From NCBI GenBank assembly GCA_047495785.1, contig JBLDXI010000017.1, positions 1,178,001-1,242,000 on the forward strand: a DNA stretch of 64,000 nucleotides, written 5' to 3'. Below the pieces are notes generated by a model, which saw only the letters and a program-made list of their open reading frames with translations, ran no database searches and was not told where the DNA came from. A program made the position numbers and the translations under genes. Shown piece by piece: positions 39,851 to 49,408 of the stretch (position 1 is the stretch's first letter; the number at the start of each line of letters is the position of its first letter). The DNA comes from Lepidodermella squamata. Taxonomy: Eukaryota > Animalia > Gastrotricha.

Positions 39851-40940
39851 ATGCCTTTGATTTATCGATTTATAACATTCGTGGCAATAATTCAAGCGTA
39901 TGCTTTGCAGGGCATTTGATCATTTCAGCGCATGTTGCTTTTCACAGCTGTATTGCCGAACAAGGTTGCTACGGAACGGGAAGGAAACGTCATTGTTTCG
40001 ATGACAGATACTACACTTTACCAAGCGATCCCTACGGCGCGGTTGCTCCAACTTACTACCTATACCGACCGACCGCTGCCAATAATGACTCATTCATTGC
40101 CATTAACTCGAGCCTCGAACTGGATTTAAGGGCCAGTTCGCCCAATCAATTGGCAGTCGTTGTCCACGGATGGGGGAGTAGATTCGGGAAACGGCCCTGG
40201 CAAAAGACGATTATGCGTAACCTTCGTAAAATGAAGCCGGATATGGAGGTGTTGTTCCTAGATTGGGAACGGGGCGCATCAGAAGTATCTTCTAATACCT
40301 GGAGCATTGGTGTAGCGCTCGTCGACTTTTTGCTTGACAATCCTCAGTGGAACGCAAGTTCTAGCCACTGCATTGGCTTCAGCATGGGCGCAGGGCTCTG
40401 TGCATCCGCTGGGAGGTACATTCGAGAGTCCAGAACGAATCAAAGAGGATGGGGCCGATTAACTCTTCTCGACCCTGCTGGCTACGACCTAAGTAAATCC
40501 AACGGCGAGTTTGTCGACGTTTCCCACAGTAAGTTTAAGGCGGCATCCGCTAAGAAAAACTTCAAATCTTTTGTCTAGCATCGGATATAAGTTGGAACCG
40601 GTACTCGATAGGCCATGCTGACTATTTTGTCGGTGGAACTCGTGAACAGCCCGGTTGCGAGTACTCCGAAACAATGGATGTTGGAACCTGCTCACACGAA
40701 CGCGCCTGTCTTTACTTTCTCGAATCAGTCATACGCCCGCCAGGTATCGGAAATTGCACTTTCACAACTTTTTGCCCCTGTACCCAAGACGAATGGGATG
40801 AAGGCGGTTGTCGATCATGCAATACGAGCCAGATTCAAACGCTCGGCTACTGGGCGAACCCAAGCCGCCGAGGCATATTCTATGGACCTGTTGCTGAATT
40901 TGCGCCCTTTTGTATCCCGGTAAAATCTGATACTCAATAA
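39851..40940 (+). CDS. Secreted pancreatic-lipase-family enzyme, phospholipase A1-like
   Basis: Introns 39898-39947 and 40529-40578 give signal peptide MPLIYRFITFVAIIQACIA, VHGW, LDW, GFSMG (Ser), LDPAG (Asp), IGHADYF..G...QPGC, CSH.RA (His). Confidence 0.9.
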
Positions 40941-40947
40941 CTGAATT

Positions 40948-41325
40948 TTATTCGCTAAAAACCCATGTGTGGTTGAAGTAGAAAAATTTTGCCACCGTAT
41001 AAATTAGCCAGAAATAAACGAGGCCGATGCCAACACCAATGGCCGTTAAGGACAAAGCTATAGATTTGCGATAAGTGGATCTGAAAAAGTTAAAGAAGAA
41101 ATCAAAGCTGGAAACCATTTCTTAAAATAAATACCGAGATTTGTTGCGTGCGAATGCAAAAATTGTCGATGGAATACTGAAGCAGATGAGGCACCAGCAG
41201 AAGATCGAAACAACTGCAAGTGGGCGGGCAACTAAAGCTTCGGGAGGTTCATGACTCGATTCTACATCCTTCTGCTCAGGTCGATTGGCTTGCTGATTTA
41301 TTGTAACAATTGCCGTATCACCCAT
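40948..41325 (-). CDS. Dispanin/CD225-like membrane protein, paralog f (minimal)
   Basis: Two exons; EPPEALVARPLAVVSIFCWCLICFSIPST...YRKSIALSLTAIGVG. Confidence 0.78.
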
Positions 41326-41435
41326 TAACTCCAAAGGTCATCATTAATTAAAAATCTAAAATTCAAAAAATAAAATTTATTTTTCTGTGAAATTATGAGT
41401 TCCTTTTTTATTGTCACATCCATTCTGATGAAAAA

Positions 41436-41775
41436 TTAGCCATGAAGCCTCGAGAGTACCATTGCTGAGAAGAGTTCGAATGAAATCCATACACTTAGAA
41501 TGGACACGAAAATCATCCCAAGAGCAATGGCCGTAATCGATAAGGCGATTGATTGACTGTATTGAGATCTATAAAAAGATAACAATAATTAATAATGGAA
41601 TCGCGAAATATTGGTATCCTTACTCGCTATGATTGCGCTTGAATGCCAAAATCGCAGCTGGAACGCTGCAGCAGAAAAATATTCCGCAAAACATGGAAAT
41701 AATTGCGAGAGGTTTCGCGACAACGGCTTCGTTAGAATCACAAGGGTCTATCTTGATTTTAACGTCGTCCGACAT
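41436..41775 (-). CDS. Dispanin/CD225-like membrane protein, paralog g (minimal; absent from ORF track)
   Basis: Manual translation MSDDVKIKIDPCDSNEAVVAKPLAIISMFCGIFFCCSVPAAILAFKRNHSE|SQYSQSIALSITAIALG, with one short intron. Confidence 0.78.
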
Positions 41776-41846
41776 TTGTTAGCCGATATTAAAGACCTAA
41801 AACTAAGTAAAAGAAACATTTCCCTAATAAAATCGTCATGAATTTT

Positions 41847-42290
41847 TCATTTATTAGGATAAATAATGGCAGGTATGATTATTCCAAATACAAATAGACC
41901 AATCGATGCTGTTGTTCCAATCGCTATCGCGACTGTCGATAGAATTATTGACTTTTTATAATTTGACCTAAAAGTTGAAAAAATTAATCAAGCGTCTATT
42001 TGATCTTTAATCACGCACCTTTTAGCACCTTTCCGGAATGCGAAAGCGATAGCTGGGACGGCAGTACATATTTGGAAGTAGCAGAAAAGGGCGACTAGAG
42101 CGAGAGGTCGAGAAATAGCTGCCTCTGGAGGTTCATTTTCAGCTACAGGTGACGCATTTTCCTCGATCAAAATAACGGCAACACCTTCGTTATTTCCGGT
42201 GGCCTTGAATGATACCACCGGCTCAGCTGATTTTTCACCTGATGCTAGTAATACTGCTGATTCTTCCACAGGCTGGGGATGCCTTTCCAT
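41847..42290 (-). CDS. Dispanin/CD225-like membrane protein, paralog h
   Basis: Two exons; EPPEAAISRPLALVALFCYFQICTAVPAIAFAF...YKKSIILSTVAIAIG. Confidence 0.78.
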
Positions 42291-42909
42291 AATAAAATGG
42301 TATAAAACTAAAAAACCTAACAGTATAAGGAGTGGTTGACACTTAATAGGTAGGAAATTTATGAATAATAAAGATGCTTTTGTTGTCTATTATTCCTATA
42401 CAAAGAATAATTCTTCGAAGATTTGTAAAAGCCATTCAGATTGTGTAAGCAGCTTTCAGCCTTCATCCTTGAGCAAAATGATGAAAGACGCCGGCGCCAT
42501 TGTTGATCATCGATGATGCGGTTTTGCCGGTGCTAAAAAACAAGAGCATATATATATATATTCGCTTCTATTACCATCATCAGGCATATGTTGTTTATAT
42601 TTACTACCGCCCGCATCGTATACGAACGACGGTATAGGTGTTTACAGTTATAGGTGGAAACTCTTGCTGAGCGGCAACATGGCCGAGCAGTTTCGCAATG
42701 GCCGTGCGTATACGTGCTTACATGCTTCGTTCATGATACTATAGCTCGTTGGTGTGTTTTTCATTAATCGAATGAAAATTCTAGTTCATAAAAATTTACG
42801 AGGCGGAAGTCGATATTAAAACAACATTAAACTGCGCGATTAAGGAGGAATTTTTATTTTAATAGGCCACACAAAAAAGTTTATTACTCGCAAAAAAGTG
42901 GACAAATTG

Positions 42910-43821
42910 TTAGATAGGGACATGTTTAAAGCCCTCAATCGTTTTCTTGTACAAATCAGAAACGCCATCAAAACGCACGGCATACGTGTATTTCACAACA
43001 GCGAAAATTTGATGCTGTTTAGTTTCCCAACCGCTAATTTGCCCGGTTTTACACGACGCCTCTAGACACCCAGCAAAGGAGCGGCATTTTTTCAAACACA
43101 GCCGCTCGTCTGAGATCGGGCGAGGTCTTACTTGTTTAACTGGTATCAGTTTTTGTTGAACAAAATTTTCCAGAATTTTTTCGAAAGAAATTTCTATAGG
43201 TTTTCGAAACAGTTGCTCAGGCACTACAACATCTTTTATCACAACGCTATTTAAAGAAGAATTAGTTATCAAATTTTCGAGACTAGTCATGTCTTCTTGA
43301 TAGGCCGGTATCAGCATTTCATTTAGACCATCGGCTCGACTTCGAATCGTGGTTTGATTGAGATCGGTTACGATATTTTTAACGAAAATTATTCGTTTGC
43401 CAAGTTCGGGATTATTCTGCTTGAAGCCGTCGACCACCTGTTGCAGGAAGGCATCGGCCAGGTCGGTGTAGACGAAAAGCAGGGCTCGAATCGGCGTGCC
43501 TTTGATAAAATCGAAGAATTTGACGTGAGTCTCGCGATCTGGGCCTTCGCTGTCGAAATAGCCGGGAATTTCGACGACGTAGTCGGCATTATTCCAAGCA
43601 CGGCGAGTCGTTACACGAGTGGTCACCTTGTAGTCACCGCTGCCTTCTGGGATTTCGAGCTGGCCGGCGGCTTTCAGGCGATTCGCGATGTAAGATTTGC
43701 CGACGCCTGTTTGGCCGAATAGAATTATGTAGCCGGTCTTTTTCTCGATGAATCTCGAATTCGCGAACATCAAAGATGTCAAGATTGACATCAGAAGAGG
43801 CAGCAAGGAATAGGAATTCAT
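42910..43821 (-). CDS. AIG1/GIMAP-like P-loop GTPase with predicted signal peptide, copy 1
   Basis: Intronless 303 aa; hydrophobic N-terminus; IILFGQTGVGKSYIANRL (G1), VTT (G2), VVEIPGYFDS (G3 variant), IRALLFV. Confidence 0.75.
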   Translation of the reverse strand: MNSYSLLPLLMSILTSLMFANSRFIEKKTGYIILFGQTGVGKSYIANRLKAAGQLEIPEGSGDYKVTTRVTTRRAWNNADYVVEIPGYFDSEGPDRETHVKFFDFIKGTPIRALLFVYTDLADAFLQQVVDGFKQNNPELGKRIIFVKNIVTDLNQTTIRSRADGLNEMLIPAYQEDMTSLENLITNSSLNSVVIKDVVVPEQLFRKPIEISFEKILENFVQQKLIPVKQVRPRPISDERLCLKKCRSFAGCLEASCKTGQISGWETKQHQIFAVVKYTYAVRFDGVSDLYKKTIEGFKHVPI

Positions 43822-44500
43822 CGTGAAAATTCAGTTCGGAACGAAAACCCTATAGAAAGTAAATAAAATTATATTATAGGTCAAGCAATCCAAAAAAATT
43901 GAGATTCCTTTGCTAAATTTTCCCATTTTTTTCCTAAAAATCTAACATCTTTAATTATCGAATTATTATTTATAAAATTCGATTTTATATTATCGAAATC
44001 GATAAACCGAAATCGATATCGGCTCTAAAGTAAGGCTCGTAAACTGACCCCTTACTGAATTCTCCTGAATCATTGGAAAAATCGCGTTCTGAAAGTGAAG
44101 ACCAGGCCTTATACTGAAAATAGCGGAGAATTTCAGGGTAATTTATTGATTTTTTGAACTAATCGTGATATTCCGGAAAATTCGTGTCTACAAAATTATT
44201 GGAAAATTACAATTTTGTTCAAGTTTGCGTTTAGTGTCAAGTCTTGAAATTTGGCTCCGCAGCAGGCAATTTTTTCGGCTAAAAGAAATTATGTTTTTTA
44301 CCTTGAATCTGATCGTCAGCAGACGAAACAAACCAGTTTAAAATTCTCTCTGCGAGCTTCTATAAAACCTATAATAAAAATATCAAAAATTATCGATTTT
44401 AATAGGTCGTCAGTTTTATTGTTTAGACCCGAGTATGGCAACATATCATTAAAATTATTTATAAATCAATAGGTAGCAGCGTTTTAGCATCATTTATCCG

Positions 44501-45451
44501 TCACTCGACCTTGGCGTCCTTAAACGCCACATGAGTTTTCGCATAGACATCGGCAACCCCATCAAATCGCGTCGCATACGTGTATTTAACTGTTTCAAAC
44601 ACGCGATATCGCCTCTGAACCGGTTCATCGGACGCAACTGTTTGCCATGTCGTCAAACACGTTTCATCGACCGGCTTTATCAGCAGTTGAATCACCTGGC
44701 TAGCTGCTTGAATAGCCTGCATCGCTGCCTGAGTATCACGGGTCGACCGCGTACATGATTTCACCGGAACAGCCTTTCGAACCAGCTCGATTTTAGTCTT
44801 CAGCTCTTCTTTCAGGAAAATTTCAGCGATTTCTTCACGAATAATTTGCGGAGGGTAGGGGAAAAGCGATATTGGAACCATTAGACGGCTAATTTGAACC
44901 GGCTTCAAGTCCGAAATAGCAGATCTTAGCACGGTAAAATTTTCCTGGTGCAGCTTGATGTTGACCTTCGAGAAGCCTTCGAACTTGGTCATTTCCGCCA
45001 GCTTAGGATTGAGGACTTTATTTTTCACTAAAATAATGTTCGGACCCAGTTCGCTGCTGTTGAAGGCTGTCAAAGCTTGTTGCATGAATTTATCGACCCG
45101 GCGCGTGAAAACGAACAGCAAAGCTCGGACATAATGATTTTTGAGAAAATCAATGAATTTGACCTGATTAACGCGATCCTGCTTTTCGGTATCGAAATAA
45201 CCCGGAAATTCGATCACCAGGCTATTGAAGTCCCAAGCCGAGGCGACTACAGCTTTTTTCGTGACAGATTTGTCGCTTGAACCTTCGATATAGGTCGGTT
45301 TAGAGGACATTGCAGCCAGGCGATTTGCGATGTAGCTTTTGCCAGTACCTGTTTGACCGAACAGCACGATGTAACTTTGCTGCCGCCGAACAAGATCCGA
45401 TGCGCCGGCTGAAGAGAAAATTGCCGCGCAACAAATTAAAATAATTTTCAT
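44501..45451 (-). CDS. AIG1/GIMAP-like P-loop GTPase with predicted signal peptide, copy 2
   Basis: Intronless 316 aa; MKIILICCAAIFSSAGA leader; GQTGTGKS, SVT, VIEFPGYFDT; shares C-terminal VKYTYAxRFDGVxDxY with copy 1. Confidence 0.75.
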   Translation of the reverse strand: MKIILICCAAIFSSAGASDLVRRQQSYIVLFGQTGTGKSYIANRLAAMSSKPTYIEGSSDKSVTKKAVVASAWDFNSLVIEFPGYFDTEKQDRVNQVKFIDFLKNHYVRALLFVFTRRVDKFMQQALTAFNSSELGPNIILVKNKVLNPKLAEMTKFEGFSKVNIKLHQENFTVLRSAISDLKPVQISRLMVPISLFPYPPQIIREEIAEIFLKEELKTKIELVRKAVPVKSCTRSTRDTQAAMQAIQAASQVIQLLIKPVDETCLTTWQTVASDEPVQRRYRVFETVKYTYATRFDGVADVYAKTHVAFKDAKVE

Positions 45452-45818
45452 TTAACGTGGCCGATTTTACTGAAATGAAGGCTTGAAAAACTCTAAAATT
45501 TGTTGACATTTGATGAATAAAAACTCCAAATTTCTGTTCTGCGATGAAAAGAGTTTTCGCGCCAAACTCAAAAGCTAACAGGTGGCTCTTTGTCCGCTCC
45601 CAATCGCTGTCCTTATGAAATTGAAATCCGCAAATAGCTTTAGCGTGTAATTATTGCCGGACGCCTCTTCTAATTAATAATTTAAATTTTTTTATTTTAT
45701 CCAATAAAATATCTTTATCGTTTTTAGAGCAAAGAGCATTTTCCAATTTTACCTCGAATTTTCTAGTCTTTTAATTTCAGCATTTAGAATCAACGGATTC
45801 AAATACCACTGGTTTTAC

Positions 45819-46489
45819 TCAGTGCCGTGAATGGTCTAAGTAATAGGATGGAGGCCTGCGTAGAGGAAGAGCCAGTCCAGCGATTATTAACATGAATGCA
45901 ATTAGCATGCCAATAATTATGGCTGTCAAAGACAGCGCGATGGATTTCTTGTAATTCGCCCTCGGTTTCCCACGCCTGCAAGCCATGACCAACGCCGGAA
46001 TAGCGAACCAGCATTGGCACCAGCAGAAAAGGGAAATTATACCGAGAGCACGGGATAGCGGCGCCTCGGCTGGCTCGCTCGCCCCATTTTCAGGGTCGTC
46101 ATTTCCAGTAAGATTCCGAGCGAAATTTTGCATAGATATTGGAATTGCTATCGGAAACATTTGCTGGGACCTAAAAATAAAGATGAAAAATTTCCAAATT
46201 TTAAGGTGGACTAGAACTGTATTTACGATGCGTTGAATGAAAATCCTGAGGTTTGAGTTGTCAAGAGAGGCGCATTATCAATAGCCGGATTTGTTGTTGA
46301 GATGCCGAAATTTTGGAAACTCTGCAAGGGCTGTTGATTGAGCTGGTGAATCTGATGCGGGGTGGTGCTTGAAAGCTGGCGCAGTGGGACTATAGTGCCC
46401 GGTCGCGGCTGATAAGCCGGTGGGGCCAGGTTTGGTGCGCCTTGACCCGGTGGCTCGGTAGCTGCTGACTTGTCATCTCTCGAATCCAT
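45819..46489 (-). CDS. Dispanin/CD225-like membrane protein, paralog i
   Basis: Two exons; PPAY motif; EPAEAPLSRALGIISLFCWCQCWFAIPALVMAC...YKKSIALSLTAIIIG. Confidence 0.8.
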
Positions 46490-47005
46490 ATTTTTAACAA
46501 ATGAAACTCGCAAAGTAAAACTCGCCACTGGCCTATTCCTCTTTTTGTTACCTCTGCATTGTCTCAATAAAAGGCCGCATAAAGGCCCGTTTATCCACGT
46601 GCGCGTTAGTAATTTCGTTTATATTGCGTCTTACTCGTTTCTCAATTTTATTGTTTGGTTTTTTGCCCCTGCCGAGCATTGTTGCTGTGCTTGACTTAGT
46701 CATTAGCGAAACGTCGCTTTTCCCCATCAACATGAAATATTACCTGTGAGGGAACAATAAAAACAGACGATTCAAGAAATAGATACAGTACTATAATGAT
46801 GTATGCGATTGCTGATTTCCCATAAACAGATAAAAATACACCTCGTGATAATTACTGCGTACTTACATTCCGGTGGATTTATGGTATATGAAAATCTTAT
46901 GCTTACGCCTTTCTTTCCAAGTAAATTAGTACCCCGGTGTTTCTGATAATAACGAGCAATGCCGGCGCAGCTGAATAGCCCGCCCACGCGCTGATGTGCG
47001 TACCA

Positions 47006-47077
47006 TCCCTGATGGTCTAGTGGTTAGGATTCCGCGTTCTCACCGCGGCGGCCCGGGTTCGATTCCCGGTCAGGGAA
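47006..47077 (+). tRNA. tRNA-Glu(CTC): tRNA-Glu (CTC)
   Basis: 72-nt cloverleaf TCCCTGA...TCAGGGA-A, anticodon arm CCGCG-TTCTCAC-CGCGG, GGTTCGATTCC B-box, T5 terminator. Confidence 0.97.
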
Positions 47078-47148
47078 CATTTTTCGTTGAAGGGTGGCAC
47101 AATCTGATACTATTCATAGTAATTAATTCAAACTCAGATTGTATGTAA

Positions 47149-47220
47149 TCCTTGGTAGTATAGTGGTTAGTATCCCCGCCTGTCACGCGGGAGACCAGGG
47201 TTCGATTCCCTGCCAAGGAG
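47149..47220 (+). tRNA. tRNA-Asp(GTC): tRNA-Asp (GTC)
   Basis: 72-nt cloverleaf TCCTTGG...CCAAGGA-G, anticodon loop CTGTCAC, B-box, T-run terminators. Confidence 0.97.
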
Positions 47221-47348
47221 CATCATTTTTCGTTTTTTTTTATTTTTTATTTTTTATTTTTTTTATTGTCATGAATAACCTAATGATTTGACGGAAAAGA
47301 TGACTGCTAACTTGAGAAGGGCCTCGCAACTTTTTTGAGTTTTTAAGT

Positions 47349-47577
47349 AAGATCATACTTCTTGGGATCATTGCAATATTCTGCTCTGCCCCAACGTCAG
47401 CCTCATCTGACGACAAACCCAAACCGCGATGACGAGGCGTGGTGACTGGTCCTGAGCGCGAACTTGGCCTCACTTGGTCGGCACCAGCCGATCTTGTGGG
47501 CCGTTGATGAACGTTCCGGGCTGGTGACTCTTTAATTAGGGCCACTTCCGGAGGGATCAGTCGCTTTCAGAGCGGCT
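47349..47577 (+). ncRNA. U3: U3 snoRNA
   Basis: Begins AAGA; box A' TACTT 47356, box A GGATCATT 47365, box C' GATGACGA 47428, box B GAGCGCGAAC 47454, box C TGATGA 47505, box D variant CAGA 47568. Terminal stem CCGC/GCGG; central stem GTGACTGGTCCT/GGGATCAGTCGC. Confidence 0.88.
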
Positions 47578-48243
47578 TTTTTTTGTAAGAAAAAAATTTA
47601 AAACGTGTTATGTTGACCTCATTCAATCATACACTGCAATAAAAACATAATCCGGTTTGGTTAAGGTTGAGTAATTAAGAGCTTTTGTTGGTTATATAGT
47701 CATCTCACGCGATATCGTGATACCTCTCTCTGTTAGCAAAAAAATGCGTGTGACACAAGTGGGTGATGATGATGATGCTGCTGGAGCCGGGTGATGAATG
47801 CGTGTAACTTGTTGTATATAACGAGCACACTTGAGCAATATAACAACATGAGAAAAAAAGAACCGGTGTCGCGCGTGCTGCGCTTTTTTACGCCGCCACC
47901 TTCAGCAGCACTGCGGTTACAGCTTTTATACATCAAGCACGCGATGACGCGAAATAAAACACAAGAAACACGTTGAAGGCGTGCATTTATTTATACAGGG
48001 CAGGTAAATTTCACGCGCGCCGAAATGTATTCAAAAAGGCGACTTTCCCTTCAATATATAAAAAGCTAGAGATAATAAGGATGATAACAACAAGAAAATA
48101 ATCCTCTCAATATAATTTCTATTAATTGCTTTAAAGTCCTTTCTGAGCGAAAAATTCTTTCATGTTCCATAATGTTCGCTCTTGATAATTTATGGTTTAT
48201 TTTTCCTTGAGTGTCAAGTGTACTTGGGCGAGATTTAATTAAA

Positions 48244-49334
48244 ATGTCGTCGTCCGAGTCTGACTACATCAACGGCCAGCAGCCGCAACAGGTCAGTTTC
48301 GCTATTTCAGCACGGCGGTCCTTAGGACACCACAGCGGCGTGGTTTTACTGCCGAGTATGGACGGAGCAGAAATGTCCTTAATCGACGACGGCAATCCTT
48401 CCCACAACAGCCAGCAACAGCAACAACAGCAAGCGATAGCAGCCAATAATAATGGCTACATATCGTCATCGAACACAACAGCTACGACCTCGGCGAGTAA
48501 TTCGAGTGGAAGCAATAACGTGCCGCTGATAAAGCCTCCGATCTTCCCGCCCGCGCCGCCGGCTTTGACAATCAACAACCCTGTGTTGTACCAGGCTATC
48601 ATGCGACAACAACAGGCGATTGAAGCTGAGCAGTACCATCGGCAACAACAGCAGCAGTCGACATTCTATCCGGCTAATCATGGCGCCGCGACATTGACAA
48701 GATACCATAAGCAACAATCTCAGATTGAACGGGAACCGTTCCTGCCTCCAAACTCGCCAATTACGATGGGACAACAGCCTCAGTTCTACAATGAATACGC
48801 AAGGTGATTTTTTATTTTTGCTATAATTTAGTTCAACTTTTTCGATAGTTTCAAGCGGCCATCAAAAGCTGTCGAAGTGGAGTACGGCATGCATAGTGCT
48901 CCGATGTATGCTTCCAACCGTCAATTGTCTTACATGAAGGAGCCTCAACGTAGCAACTCGCCCGATAAACAAGAGCCTCCTCAACAGCCGGCTGAAGCTG
49001 CCGTAGCTAAACCTCTATCAGTAATAGCTTGCTTCTTCTGTTGCCAATTCTGGTTCTCCTTACCTGCTCTGGTGCTGGCCTACCGTAAGAATGGATCAAA
49101 GTGAGTTCTTATTACCATTAAAAAGTCTTATAGTATATACCTTCTCTATCTTGCAGATCGAGTTACAAATGTTCTATCGGCCTCAGTGTTACAGTCATTG
49201 TTTTCGGCATTTGCTTTTCACTTGGGGCAATCATCGGTGCTTGTGTCTATCTGGCCCACGGCGAGAAAATTCGAGATATCTGGGACCAAATCTTCGCGGG
49301 CCTTTCAGCACAAACAAAAGCTGGCGGAAGATAA
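48244..49334 (+). CDS. Dispanin/CD225-like membrane protein, paralog j (long Q/P-rich N-terminus)
   Basis: Introns 48804-48848 and 49101-49156; QPAEAAVAKPLSVIACFFCCQFWFSLPALVLAY...YKCSIGLSVTVIVFG. Confidence 0.8.
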
Positions 49335-49408
49335 CAAAACACTCCAATATTTTATTTTGAATCCCATATTAATCTGATCAAAAGATAATAAATGAAAGAG
49401 AAAGCCAT

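Noticed and set aside
18080-44100. Similar AATCGATATCGG...CGTAAACT stretches at ~18.1 kb and ~44.0 kb
   Set aside because: Short and degenerate; possibly an old dispersed repeat but boundaries cannot be defined.
47240-47545. 101-aa minus-strand ORF
   Set aside because: Antisense to the U3 snoRNA, non-ATG start, no protein features.
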